A stretch of 64,000 nucleotides of DNA from Eledone cirrhosa (Eukaryota). Below, one piece after another: positions 12,965-27,427 of the stretch (position 1 is its first letter; every line of letters starts with the position of its first letter). The notes beneath the pieces were generated by a model. That model was not told the DNA's origin. It made no database searches and saw only the letters and a program-made list of their open reading frames with translations. The stretch lies in the NCBI GenBank assembly GCA_964016885.1, contig OZ024741.1, positions 259,346,001 through 259,410,000 of the forward strand, read 5' to 3'. A program made the translations under genes and the position numbers.

Positions 12965-15546
12965 CGTAAGTCGAAACACTCGTTAGACGAAACACTCGTG
13001 AGCCGAAACACTCGTAAGTCGGAACACTCTTAAGTCAGAACACTCGGAAGTCAGAACACTCGTAAGTTAGAACACTCGTAAGTCAGAACACTCGTAAGTC
13101 AGAACACTCGTAAGTCAGAACACTCCTAAGTCGAAACACTCGTATCGAAACACTCGTATGTCAAAACACCAGTAAGTCAAAACACTCGTATCTCGAAACA
13201 CTCGTAAGCCGAAACACCGTAAGTCAAAACACTCGTAAGTCGAAACACTCGTAAGTCGAAACACTCGTAAGTCGAAACACTCGTCAGTCGAAACACTCGT
13301 AAGTCGAAACACTCGTAAGCTGAAACACTCGTAAGCCGAAACACTCGTAAGTCAGAACACTCATAAGTCAGAACACTCGTAAGTCAGAACACTCGTAAGT
13401 CGAAACACCCGTATGTCGAAACACTCTTAAGCCGAAACACTCGTAAGTCGAAACACTCGTAGTCGAAACACTCGTAAGTCGAAACACCCGTAAGTCGAAA
13501 CACTCGTAAGTCGAAACACTCGTAAACCGAAACACTCGTAAGTCGAAACACTCATAAGTCGAAACACTCGTAAGTCGAAACACCCATAAGCCGAAACACT
13601 CGTAAGCCAAAACATTCGTAAGTCGAAACACTCGTAAGCCGAAACACTCGTAAGCCAAAACATTCGTAAGTCGAAACACTCGTAAGTCGAAACACCCATA
13701 GCCGAAACACTCGTAAGTCGGAACACCCGTAAGTCAGAACACCCGTAAGTCAGAACACTCGTAAGTCAGAACACTCGTAAGTCAGAACACTCGTAAGTCA
13801 AAGCACTCGTATCGAAACACTCGTATGTAAAAACACCCATAAGTCAAAACACTAGTAAGTCGAAACACTCGTAAGCCGAAACACCGTAAGCCAAAACACT
13901 CGTAAGTCGAAACACCCGTAAGTCGGAACACTCGTAAGTCAAAACACTCGTAAGTCGAAACACTCGTAAGCCGAAACACTCGTAAGCCGAAACACTCGTA
14001 AGTCGGAAAACTCGTAAGTCGGAACACTCGTAAGTCAGAACACTCGTAAGTCAGAACACTCGTAAGTCAGAACACTCGTAAGTCAGAATACTCGTAAGTC
14101 GAAACACTCGTATCGAAACACTCGTATGTCAAAACACCCGTAAGTCAAAACACTCGTAAGTCGAAACACTCGTAAGTCGAAACACTTGTATGTCGAAACA
14201 TCCGTAAATCAGAACACTCGTAAGTCGAAACACTCGTAAGTCGAAACACCCGTAAGTCGGAACACTCGTAAGTCGAAACACTCGTAAGTCGAAACACCCA
14301 TAGCCGAAACACTCGTAAGTCGGAACACACGTAAGTCAGAACACCCGTAAGTCAGAACACTCGTAAGTCAGAACACTCGTAAGTCAGAACACTCGTAAGT
14401 CAGAGCACTCGTATCGAAACACTCGTATGTCAAAACACCCGTAAGTCAAAACACTCGTAAGTCGAAACACTCGTAAGTCGAAACACTCGTAAGCCGAAAC
14501 AATCGTAAGTCAAAACACTCGTAAGTCGAAACACTCGTGAGCCGAAAATACTCGTAATTCGGAACACCCGTAAGCCGAAACCCTCGCAGGTCGGAACACT
14601 CGTAAGTCGAAACACTCGTAAGACGAAACACTCGTAAACCGGAACACCCGTAAGGCAAAACATTCGTAAGTCAAAACACTCGTAAGTCGAAACACTCGTA
14701 AGCCGAAACACTCGTAAGTCGAAACACTCGTAAGTCGAAACACCCGTAAGTCGAAACATCCGTAAGTCAAAACACTCGTATGTCGAAACACTCGTAAGCC
14801 GAAACACTCGTAAGTGGGAACACTCGCAAGTCAGAACACTCGTAAGTCAGAACACTCGTAAGTTGAAACACTCGTAAGTCGAAACACCCGTAAGTCGAAA
14901 CGCCCGTAAGTCAAAACACTCGTATGTCGAAACAATCGCAAGCCGAAAAACCGTAAGTCAAAACACTCGTAAGTCGAAACACTCGTAAGTCGAAACACTC
15001 GTAAGCGGAAACACTCGTAAGCGAAAACATTCGTAAGTCGAAACACTCGTAACCCGAAACACTCGTAAGTCGAAACACTCGAAAGCCGAAACACTCGTAA
15101 GTCGAAACACTCATAAGCCGAAACACTCGTAAGTCGGAACACTCGTAAGTCAGAACACCCGTAAGTCAGAACACTCGTAGTCAGAACACTCGTAAGTCGA
15201 AACACTCGTAAGCCGAAACAATCGTAAGTCGAAGCACTCGTAATCCGAAACACTCTTAAGTCGAAACACTCGTAAGTCGGAACACTCGCAAGTCAGAACA
15301 CTCGTAAGTCAGAACACTCGTAAGTCGAAACACTCGTAAGCCGAAACACCCGTAAGTCAAAACATCCGTAAGTCAAAACATTCGTAAGTCGAAACACCCG
15401 TAGTCGAAACACTCGCAAGTCGAAACACTCGTAAGTCGAAACACGCGTAAGTCGAAACACATGTAAGTCAAAACACTCTTAAGTCAAAACACTCGTAAGC
15501 CGAAACACTCGTAAGTCGAAACACTCGTAAGTCGAAACGCTCGTAA

Positions 15547-15624
15547 AGCGAAACGTATAAATAAAGATTAATGTAATGAATTTGAAAAGCATAGAGATTT
15601 GAAACCGCGTCTATTTGTTATTTT
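15547..15624 (+). repeat. 78-bp AT-rich spacer, subtype A
   Basis: GAATTT allele; preceded by aaacgctcgt as at 22235. Confidence 0.95.
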
Positions 15625-16424
15625 CGTAAGTCGAAACACTCGTAAGCCGAAACACTCGTGAGCCGAAACACTCGTAAGTCGGAACACTCGTAAGTCAGAA
15701 CACTCGTAAGTCAGAACACTCCTAAGTTAGAACACTCGTAAGTCAGAACACTCGTAAGTCAAAACACCCGTAAGTCAAAACACTCGTAAGTCGAAACACT
15801 CGTAAGCCGAAACACCGTAAGCCAAAACACTCGTAAGTCGAAACACCCGTAAGTCGGAACACTCGTAAGTCGAAACACTCGTAAGTCGAAGCACTCGTAA
15901 GCCGAAACACTCGTAAGTCGGAACACTCGTAAGTCGGAACACTCGTAAGTCAGAACACTCGTAAGTCAGAACACTCGTAAGTCAGAACACTCGTAAGTCG
16001 AAACACTCGTATCGAAACACTCGTATGTCAAAACACCCGTAAGTCAAAACACTCGTAAATCGAAACACTCGTAAGTCGAAACACTCGTATGTCGAAACAT
16101 CCGTAAATCAGAACACTCGTAAGTCGAAACACTCGTAAGTCGAAACACTCGTAAGCCGAAACACTCGTAAGTCGAAACACTCGTATCGAAACACTCGTAA
16201 GTCGAAACACCCTTAAGTCAAAACACTCGTAAGCCAAAACACTCGTAAGTCGAAACACTCGTAAGTCGGAACACTCGTAAGTCAGAACACTCGTAAGTCA
16301 GAACACTCGTAAGTGGAACCACGCGTAAGTCGAAAGACCCGTAAGTCAAAAATCTCGTTAGTCAAAACACTCGTAAGCCGAAACACTCGTAAGTCGAAAC
16401 ACTCGTAAGTCGAAACATTCGTAA

Positions 16425-16502
16425 AGCGAAACGTATAAATAAAGATTAATGTTATGAACTTAAAAAGCATAGAGATTTGAAACCGCGTCTATTTGTTATT
16501 AT
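16425..16502 (+). repeat. 78-bp AT-rich spacer, diverged subtype B
   Basis: gttatgaacttaaaaagcat...ttattat; three private substitutions. Confidence 0.95.
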
Positions 16503-17829
16503 CGTAAGTCGAAACACTCGTAAGTCAGAACACTCGTAAGTCAGAACACTCGTAAGTCAGAACACTCGTAAGTCAGAACACTCGTAAGTCAGAACACTCT
16601 TAAGTCAGAACACTCGTATCGAAACACTCGTATGTCAAAACACCCGTAAGTCAAAACACTCGTAAGTCGAAACACTCGTAAGTCGAAACACTCATAAGCC
16701 GAAACACTCGTAAGTCGGAACACTCGTAAGTCAGAACACCCGTAAGTCAGAACACTCGTAGTCAGAACACTCGTAAGTCGAAACACTCGTAAGCCGAAAC
16801 ACTCGTAAGTCGAAACACTCGTAAGTCGAAACATCCTTAAGTCGAAACACTCGTACACCGAAACACTCGTAAGTAAAAACATTAGTAAGTCGAAACACTC
16901 GTAAGCCGAAACACTCGTAAGTCGAAACACCCGTAAGTCGAAACACCCGTAAGTCAAAACACTCGTATGTCGAAACACTCGTAAACCGAAACACTCGTAA
17001 GTCGGAACACTCGTAAGTCAGAACACTCGTAAGTCAGAACACTCGTAAGTCGAAACACTCATAAGTCGAAACACTCGTAAGTCGAAACACCCGTAAGTCG
17101 AAACACTCGTATGTCGAATAACTCGTAAGCCGAAACACCGTAAGTCAAAACACTCGTAAGTCGAAACACTCGTAAGTCGAAACACCCATAAGCCGAAACA
17201 CTCGTAAGCCAAAACATTCGTAAGTCGAAACACTCGTAAACCGAAATACTCGTAAGCCAAAACATTCGTAAGTCGAAACACTCGTAAGTCGAAACACCCA
17301 TAGCCGAAACACTCGTAAGTCGGAACACACGTAAGTCAGAACACCCGTAAGTCAGAACACTCGTAAGTCGAAACACTCATAAGTCGAAACACTCGTAAGT
17401 CGAAACACCCGTAAGTCAGAACACTCGTAAGTCAGAACACTCGTAAGTCAGAGCACTCGTATCGAAACACTCGTATGTCAAAACACTCGTAAGTCAAAAC
17501 ACTCGTAAGTCGAAACACTCGTCAGCCGAAACACCGTAAGCCAAAACACTCGTAAGTCGAAACACCCGTAAGTCGGAACACTCGTAAGTCGAAACACTCG
17601 TAAGTCGAAACACTCGTAAGCCGAAACACTCGTAAGCCGAAACACTCGTAAGTCGGAACACTCGTAAGTCTGAACACTCGTAAGTCAAAACACTCGTAAG
17701 CCGAAACACTCGTAAGTCGAAACACCCATAAGCCGAAACACTCGTAAGCCAAAACATTCGTAAGTCGAAACACTCGTAAGCCGAAACACTCGTAAGCCAA
17801 AACATTCGTAAGTCGAAACACTCGTAAGT

Positions 17830-20810
17830 CGTAACACATATAGCCGAAACACTCGTAAGTCGGAACACACGTAAGTCAGAACACCCGTAAGTCAGAACAC
17901 TCGTAAGTCAGAACACTCGTAAGTCAGAACACTCGTAGGTCAGAGCACTCGTATCGAAACACTCGTATGTCAAAACACCCGTAAGTCGAAACACTCGTAA
18001 GTCGAAACACTCGTAAGCCAAAACATCGTAAGTAAAAAAGCTCGTAAGTCGAAATACACGTAAGTCGAAACACTCGTAAGCCGAAACAATCGTAATTCAA
18101 AACACTCGTAAGTCGAAACACTCGTAAGCCAAAAATACTCGTACGTCGAAACACCCGTAAGCCGAAACACTCGTAAGTCGGAACACTCGTAAGTCAAAAC
18201 ACTCGTAAGTCGAAACAGTCGTAAGTCGGAACACTCGTAAGTCAGAACACTCGTAAATCAGAACATTCATAAGTCAAAACACTCGTAATTCGAAACACCC
18301 GTAAGTCGAAACGCCCGTAAGTCGAAACACTCATTAGCCGAAACACTCGTAAGTCGGAACACTCGTAAGTCAGAATACCCGTAAGTCAGAACACTCGTAG
18401 TCAGAACACTCGTAAGTCAAAACACTCGTAAGCCGAAACACTCGTAAGCCGAAACACTCGTAAGCCGAAACACTCTTAAGTCGGAACACTCGTCAGTCGG
18501 AACACTCGTAAGTCAAAACATTCGTAAGCCAAAAAACTCGTAAGTCGAAACACTCGTACGTCGAAACACTCGTAAGTCGAAACACTCGTAAGTCGAAACA
18601 TCCTTAAGTCGAAACACTCGTACACCGAAACACTCGTAAGTAAAAACATTAGTAAGCCGAAACACTCGTAAGCCGAAACACTCGTAAGTCGGAACACTCG
18701 TAAGTCGGAACACTCGTAAGTCGAAACACCCATAAGCCGAAACACTCGTAAGCCAAAACATTCGTAAGTCGAAACACTCGTAAGCCGAAACACTCGTAAG
18801 CCAAAACATTCGTAAGTCGAAACACTCGTAAGTCGAAACACCCATAGCCGAAATACTCGTAAGTCGGAACACCCGTAAGTCAGAACACCCGTAAGTCAGA
18901 ACACTCGTAAGTCAGAACACTCGTAAGTCAGAACACTCGTAAGTCAGAGCACTCGTATCGAAACACTCGTATGTAAAAACACCCATAAGTCAAAACACTA
19001 GTAAGTCGAAACACTCGTAAGCCGAAACACCGTAAGCCAAAACACTCGTAAGTCGAAACACCCGTAAGTCGGAACACTCGCAAGTCAAAACACTCGTAAG
19101 TCGAAACACTCGTAAGCCGAAACACTCGTAAGCCGAAACACTCGTAAGTCGGAACACTCGTAAGTCGGAACACTCGTAAGTCAGAACACTCGTAAGTCAG
19201 AACACTCGTAAGTCAGAACACTCGTAAGTCAGAATACTCGTAAGTCGAAACACTCGTATCGAAACACTCGTATGTCAAAACACCCGTAAGTCAAAACACT
19301 CGTAAGTCGAAACACTTGTAAGTCGAAACACCCATAGCCGAAACACTCGTAAGTCGGAACACACGTAAGTCAGAACACCCGTAAGTCAGAACACTCGTAA
19401 GTCAGAACACTCGTAAGTCAGAACACTCGTAAGTCAGAGCACTCGTATCGAAACACTCGTATGTCAAAACACCCGTAAGTCGAAACACTCGTAAGTCGAA
19501 ACACTCGTAAGCCAAAACACCGTAAGTAAAAAAGCTCGTAAGTCGAAATACACGTAAGTCGAAACACTCGTAAGCCGAAACAATCGTAATTCAAAACACT
19601 CGTAAGTCGAAACACTCGTAAGCCAAAAATACTCGTACGTCGAAACACCCGTAAGCCGAAACACTCGTAAGTCGGAACACTCGTAAGTCAAAACACTCGT
19701 AAGTCGAAACAGTCGTAAGTCGGAACACTCGTAAGTCAGAACACTCGTAAATCAGAACATTCATAAGTCAAAACACTCGTAATTCGAAACACCCGTAAGT
19801 CGAAACGCCCGTAAGTCGAAACACTCATTAGCCGAAACACTCGTAAGTCGGAACACTCGTAAGTCAGAATACCCGTAAGTCAGAACACTCGTAGTCAGAA
19901 CACTCGTAAGTCAAAACACTCGTAAGCCGAAACACTCGTAAGCCGAAACACTCGTAAGCCGAAACACTCTTAAGTCGGAACACTCGTCAGTCGGAACACT
20001 CGTAAGTCAAAACATTCGTAAGCCAAAATACTCGTAAGTCGAAACACTCGTACGTCGAAACACTCGTAAGTCGAAACACTCGTAAGTCGAAACATCCTTA
20101 AGTCGAAACACTCGTACACCGAAACACTCGTAAGTAAAAACATTAGTAAGCCGAAACACTCGTAAGCCGAAACACTCGTAAGTCGGAACACTCGTAAGTC
20201 GGAACACTCGTAAGTCGAAACACCCATAAGCCGAAACACTCGTAAGCCAAAACATTCGTAAGTCGAAACACTCGTAAGCCGAAACACTCGTAAGCCAAAA
20301 CATTCGTAAGTCGAAACACTCGTAAGTCGAAACACCCATAGCCGAAACACTCGTAAGTCGGAACACCCGTAAGTCAGAACACCCGTAAGTCAGAACACTC
20401 GTAAGTCAGAACACTCGTAAGTCAGAACACTCGTAAGTCAGAGCACTCGTATCGAAACACTCGTATGTAAAAACACCCATAAGTCAAAACACTAGTAAGT
20501 CGAAACACTCGTAAGCCGAAACACCGTAAGCCAAAACACTCGTAAGTCGAAACACCCGTAAGTCGGAACACTCGTAAGTCAAAACACTCGTAAGTCGAAA
20601 CACTCGTAAGCCGAAACACTCGTAAGCCGAAACACTCGTAAGTCGGAACACTCGTAAGTCGGAACACTCGTAAGTCAGAACACTCGTAAGTCAGAACACT
20701 CGTAAGTCAGAACACTCGTAAGTCAGAATACTCGTAAGTCGAAACACTCGTATCGAAACACTCGTATGTCAAAACACCCGTAAGTCAAAACACTCGTAAG
20801 TCGAAACACT
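17830..20810 (+). repeat. Tandem duplication of a 1494-bp unit (approximate ends)
   Basis: Markers 17924/19418 and 18928/20422; shared rare variants aaaaaagctcg, tcattagccg and cgtcagtcgg. Confidence 0.88.
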
Positions 20811-22234
20811 CGTAAGTCGAAACACTCGTATGTCGAAACATCCGTAAATCAGAACACTCGTAAGTCGAAACACTCGTAAGTCGAAACACCCGTAAGTCGG
20901 AACACTCGTAAGTCGAAACACTCGTAAGTCGAAACACCCATAGCCGAAACACTCGTAAGTCGGAACACACGTAAGTCAGAACACCCGTAAGTCAGAACAC
21001 TCGTAAGTCAGAACACTCGTAAGTCAGAACACTCGTAAGTCAGAGCACTCGTATCGAAACACTCGTATGTCAAAACACCCGTAAGTCAAAACACTCGTAA
21101 GTCGAAACACTCGTAAGTCGAAACACTCGTAAGCCGAAACAATCGTAAGTCAAAACACTCGTAAGTCGAAACACTCGTGAGCCGAAAATACTCGTAATTC
21201 GGAACACCCGTAAGCCGAAACCCTCGCAGGTCGGAACACTCGTAAGTCGAAACACTCGTAAGACGAAACACCCGTAAGTCGGAACACTCGTAAGTCAGAA
21301 TACTCGTAAGTCGAAACACTCGTAAACCGGAACACCCGTAAGGCAAAACATTCGTAAGTCAAAACACTCGTAAGTCGAAACACTCGTAAGCCGAAACACT
21401 CGTAAGTCGAAACACTCGTAAGTCGAAACACCCGTAAGTCGAAACATCCGTAAGTCAAAACACTCGTATGTCGAAACACTCGTAAGCCGAAACACTCGTA
21501 AGTGGGAACACTCGCAAGTCAGAACACTCGTAAGTCAGAACACTCGTAAGTTGAAACACTGGTAAGTCGAAACACCCGTAAGTCGAAACGCCCGTAAGTC
21601 AAAACACTCGTATGTCGAAACAATCGCAAGCCGAAAAACCGTAAGTCAAAACACTCGTAAGTCGAAACACTCGTAAGTCGAAACACTCGTAAGCGGAAAC
21701 ACTCGTAAGCGAAAACATTCGTAAGTCGAAACACTCGTAACCCGAAACACTCGTAAGTCGAAACACTCGAAAGCCGAAACACTCGTAAGTCGAAACACTC
21801 ATAAGCCGAAACACTCGTAAGTCGGAACACTCGTAAGTCAGAACACCCGTAAGTCAGAACACTCGTAGTCAGAACACTCGTAAGTCGAAACACTCGTAAG
21901 CCGAAACAATCGTAAGTCGAAGCACTCGTAATCCGAAACACTCTTAAGTCGAAACACTCGTAAGTCGGAACACTCGCAAGTCAGAACACTCGTAAGTCAG
22001 AACACTCGTAAGTCGAAACACTCGTAAGCCGAAACACCCGTAAGTCAAAACATCCGTAAGTCAAAACATTCGTAAGTCGAAACACCCGTAGTCGAAACAC
22101 TCGCAAGTCGAAACACTCGTAAGTCGAAACACGCGTAAGTCGAAACACATGTAAGTCAAAACACTCATAAGTCAAAACACTCGTAAGCCGAAACACTCGT
22201 AAGTCGAAACACTCGTAAGTCGAAACGCTCGTAA

Positions 22235-22312
22235 AGCGAAACGTATAAATAAAGATTAATGTAATGAATTTGAAAAGCATAGAGATTTGAAACCGCGTCT
22301 ATTTGTTATTTT
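22235..22312 (+). repeat. 78-bp AT-rich spacer, subtype A
   Basis: GAATTT allele. Confidence 0.95.
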
Positions 22313-22985
22313 CGTAAGTCGAAACACTCGTAAGCAGAAACACTCGTGAGCCGAAACACTCGTAAGTCGGAACACTCGTAAGTCAGAACACTCGTAAGTC
22401 AGAACACTCGTAAGTTAGAACACTCGTAAGTCAGAACACTCGTAAGTCAAAACACCCGTAAGTCAAAACACTCGTAAGTCGAAACACTCGTAAGCCGAAA
22501 CACCGTAAGCCAAAACACTCGTAAGTCGAAACACCCGTAACTCGGAACACTCGTAAGTCGAAACACTCGTAAGTCGAAGCACTCGTAAGCAGAAACACTC
22601 GTAAGCCGAAACACTCGTAAGTCGGAACACTCGTAAGTCGGAACACTCGTAAGTCAGAACACTCGTAAGTCAGAACACTCGTAAGTCAGAACACTCGTAA
22701 GTCGAAACACTCGTATCGAAACACTCGTATGTCAAAACACCCGTAAGTCAAAACACTCGTAAGTCGAAACACTCGTAAGCCGAAACATCCGTAAGTCAAA
22801 ACATCCGTAAGTCAAAACATTCGTAAGTCGAAACACCCGTAGTCGAAACACTCGCAAGTCGAAACACTCGTAAGTCGAAACACGCGTAAGTCGAAACACA
22901 TGTAAGTCAAAACACTCGTAAGTCAAAACACTCGTAAGCCGAAACACTCGTAAGTCGAAACACTCGTAAGTCGAAACACTCGTAA

Positions 22986-23063
22986 AGCGAAACGTATAAA
23001 TAAATATTAATGTAATGAATTTGAAAAGCATAGAGATTTGAAACCGCGTCTATTTGTTATTTT
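22986..23063 (+). repeat. 78-bp AT-rich spacer, subtype A (AATATT)
   Basis: GAATTT and aaatattaat. Confidence 0.95.
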
Positions 23064-23862
23064 CGTAAGTCGAAACACTCGTAAGCCGAAACACTCGTGA
23101 GCCGAAACACTCGTAAGTCGGAACACTCGTAAGTCAGAACACTCGTAAGTCAGAACACTCGTAAGTTAGAACACTCGTAAGTCAGAACACTCGTAAGTCA
23201 GAACACTCGTAAGTCGAAACACTCGTATCGAAACACTCGTATGTCAAAACACCCGTAAGTCAAAACACTCGTAAGTCGAAACACTCGTAAGTCGAAACAC
23301 TCGTAAGCCGAAACACTCGTAAGCCGAAACACTCGTAAGTCGGAACACTCGTAAGTCGGAACACTCGTAAGTCAGAACACTCGTAAGTCAGAACACTCGT
23401 AAGTCAGAACACTCGTAAGTCAGAACACTCGTAAGTCGAAACATTCGTATCGAAACACTCGTATGTCAAAACACCCGTAAGTCAAAACACTCGTAAGTCG
23501 AAACACTCGTAAGTCGAAACACTCGTATGTCGAAACATCCGTAAATCAGAACACTCGTAAGTCGAAACACTCGTAAGTCGAAACACTCGTAAGCCGAAAC
23601 ACTCGTAAGTCGAAGCACTCGTATCGAAACACTCGTAAGTCGAAACACCCTTAAGTCAAAACACTCGTAAGCCAAAACACTCGTAAGTCGAAACACTCGT
23701 AAGTCGGAACACTCGTAAGTCAGAACACTCGTAAGTCAGAACACTCGTAAGTGGAAACACGCGTAAGTCGAAAGACCCGTAAGTCAAAAATCTCGTAAGT
23801 CAAAACACTCGTAAGCCGAAACACACGTAAGTCGAAACACTCGTAAGTCGAAACATTCGTAA

Positions 23863-23940
23863 AGCGAAACGTATAAATAAAGATTAATGTAATCAACTTG
23901 AAAAGCATAGATATTTGAAACCGCGTCTATTTGTTATTTT
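23863..23940 (+). repeat. 78-bp AT-rich spacer, subtype B (CAACTT)
   Basis: aatcaacttg variant. Confidence 0.95.
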
Positions 23941-24849
23941 CGTAAGTCGAAACACTCGTAAGTCAGAACACTCGTAAGTCAGAACACTCTTAAGTCAGAA
24001 CACTCGTATCGAAACACGTATGTCAAAACACCCGTAAGTCAAAACACTCGTAAGTCGAAACACTCGTAAGTCGAAACACTCGTAAGCCAAAACAATCGTA
24101 AGTCAAAACACTCGTAAGTCGAAACACTCGTAAGCCGAAAATACTCGTAAGTCGGAACACCCGTAAGCCGAAACCCTCGTAAGTCGGAACACTCGTAAGT
24201 CAGAACACCCGTAAGTCAGAACACTCGTAAGTCAGAACACTCGTAAGTCAGAACACTCGTAAGTCAGAGCACTCGTATCGAAACACTCGTATGTCAAAAC
24301 ACCCGTAAGTCAAAACACTCGTAAGTCGAAACACTCGTAAGTCGAAACACTCGTAAGCCGAAACACCGTAAGCCAAAACACTCGTAAGTCGAAACACCCG
24401 TAAGTCGGAACACTCGTAAGTCGAAACACTCGTAAGCCGAAACACTCATAAGCCGAAACACTCGTAAGTCGGAACACTCGTAAGTCAGAACACCCGTAAG
24501 TCAGAACACTCGTAGTCAGAACACTCGTTAGTCGAAACACTCGTAAGCCGAAACACTCTTAAGTCGAAGCACTCGTAATCCGAAACACTCTTAAGTCGAA
24601 ACACTCGTAAGTCGGAAGACTCGTAAGTCAGAACACTCGTAAGTCGAAACACTCGTAAGCCGAAACATCCGTAAGTCAAAACATCCGTAGGTCAAAACAT
24701 TCGTAAGTCGAAACACCCGTAGTCGAAACACTCGCATGTCGAAACACTCGTAAGTCGAAACACGCGTAAGTCGAAACACATGTAAGTCAAAACACTCGTA
24801 AGTCAAAACACTCGTAAGCCGAAACACTCGTAAGTCGAAACACTCGTAA

Positions 24850-24927
24850 AGCGAAACGTGTAAATAAAGATTAATGTAATGAATTTGAAAAGCATAGAGA
24901 TTTGAAACCGCGTCTATTTGTTATTTT
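24850..24927 (+). repeat. 78-bp AT-rich spacer, subtype A (GTGTAAAT)
   Basis: GAATTT allele with private gtgtaaat. Confidence 0.95.
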
Positions 24928-27349
24928 CGTAAATCGAAACACTCGTAAGCCGAAACACTCGTGAGCCGAAACACTCGTAAGTCGGAACACTCGTAAGTCA
25001 GAACACTCGTAAGTCAGAACACTCGTAAGTTAGAACACTCGTAAGTCAGAACACTCGTAAGTCAGAACACTCGTAAGTCAGAACACTCGTAAGTCGAAAC
25101 ACTCGTATCGAAACACTCGTATGTCAAAACACCAGTAAGTCAAAACACTCGTAAGTCGAAACACTCGTAAGCCGAAACACCGTAAGTCAAAACACTCGTA
25201 AGTCGAAACACTCGTAAGTCGAAACACTCGTAAGTCGAAACACTCGTAAGTCGAAACACTCGTAAGCCGAAACACTCGTAAGCCGAAACACTCGTAAGTC
25301 GGAACACTCGTAAGTCAGAACACTCATAAGTCAGAACACTCGTAAGTCAGAACACTCGTAAGTCGAAACACTCGTAAGCCGAAACACCGTAAGTCGAAAC
25401 ACCCGTATGTCGAAACACTCGTAAGCCGAAACACTCTTAAGTCGAAACACTCATAAGCCGAAACACTCGTAAGTCGGAACACTCGTAAATCAGAACACCC
25501 GCAAGTCAGAACACTCGTAAATCAGAACACTCTTTAGTCGAAACTCACGTACGCTGAAACACTCGTAAGTCGAAACACTCGTAAGTCGAAACATCCTTAA
25601 GTCGAAACACTCGTACACCGAAACACTCGTAAGTATAAACATTAGTAAGTCGAAACACTCGTATGTCGAAACACTCGTAAACCGAAACACTCGTAAGTCG
25701 GAACACTCGTAAGTCAGAACACTCGTAAGTCAGAACACTCGTAAGTCGAAACACTCATAAGTCGAAACACTCGTAAGTCGAAACACCCGTAAGTCGAAAC
25801 AACCGTAAGTCGAAACACTCGTATGTCGAATAACTCGTAAGCCGAAACACTCGTAAGCCAAAACATTCGTAAGTCGAAACACTCGTAAACCGAAACACTC
25901 GTAAGCCAAAACATTCGTAAGTCGAAACACTCGTAAGTCGAAACACCCATAGCCGAAACACTTGTAAGTCTGAACACACGTAAGTCAGAACACCCGTAAG
26001 TCAGAACACTCGTAAGTCAGAACACTCGTAAGTCAGAACACTCGTAAGTCAGAGCACTCGTATCGAAACACTCGTATGTCAAAACACCCGTAAGTCAAAA
26101 CACTCGTAAGTCGAAACACTCGTAAGCCGAAACACCGTAAGCCAAAACACTCGTAAGTCGAAACATCCGTAAGTCGCAACACTCGTAAGTCGAAACACTC
26201 GTAAGTCGAAACACTCGTAAGCCGAAACACTCGTAAGCCGAAACACTCGTAAGTCGGAACACTCGTAAGTCGGAACACTCGTAAGTCAGAACACTCGTAA
26301 GTCAGAACACTCGTAAGTCTGAACACTCGTAAGTCAGAACACTCGTAAGTCGAAACACTCGTATCGAAACACTCGTATGTCAAAACACTCGTAAGTCGAA
26401 ACACTCGTAAGTCGAAACATTCGTATGTCGAAACATCCGTAAATCAGAACACTCGTAAGTCGAAACACTCGTAAGTCGAAACACTCGTAAGCCGAAACAC
26501 TCGTAAGTCGAAGCACTCGTATCGAAACACTCGTAAGTCGAAACACCCTTAAGTCAAAACACTCGTAAGCCAAAACACTCGTAAGTCGAAACACTCGTAA
26601 GTCGGAACACTCGTAAGTCAGAACACTCGTAAGTCAGAACACTCGTAAGTGGAAACACGCGTAAGTCGAAACAGTCATAAGTCGAAACACTCGTAAGTCG
26701 AAACACCCGTAAGTCGAAACACCCGTAAGTCGAAACACTCGTATGTCGAATAACTCGTAAGCCGAAACACCGTAAGTCAAAACACTCGTAAGTCGAAACA
26801 CTCGTAAGTCGAAACACCCATAAGCCGAAACACTCGTAAGCCAAAACATTCGTAAGTCGAAACACTCGTAAGTCGAAACACCCATAGCCGAAACACTCGT
26901 AAGTCGAAACACTCGTAAGTCGGAACACTCGTAAGTCAGAACACTCGTAAGTCAGAACACTCGTAAGTGGAAACACGCGTAAGTCGAAACAGTCATAAGT
27001 CGAAACACTCGTAAGTCGAAACACCCGTAAGTCGAAACACCCGTAAGTCGAAACACTCGTATGTCGAATAACTCGTAAGCCGAAACACCGTAAGTCAAAA
27101 CACTCGTAAGTCGAAACACTCGTAAGTCGAAACACCCTTAAGTCAAAACACTCGTAAGCCAAAACACTCGTAAGTCGAAACACTCGTAAGTCGGAACACT
27201 CGTATGTCAGAACACTCGTAAGTCAGAACACTCGTAAGTGGAAACACGCGTAAGTCGAAAGACCCGTAAGTCAAAAATCTCGTAAGTCAAAACACTCGTA
27301 AGCCGAAACACTCGTAAGTCGAAACACTCGTAAGTCGAAACATTCGTAA

Positions 27350-27427
27350 AGCGAAACGTATAAATAAAGATTAATGTAATGAACTTGAAAAGCATAGATA
27401 TTTGAAACCGCGTCTATTTGTTATTTT
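27350..27427 (+). repeat. 78-bp AT-rich spacer, subtype B
   Basis: GAACTT/GATATTT. Confidence 0.95.
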
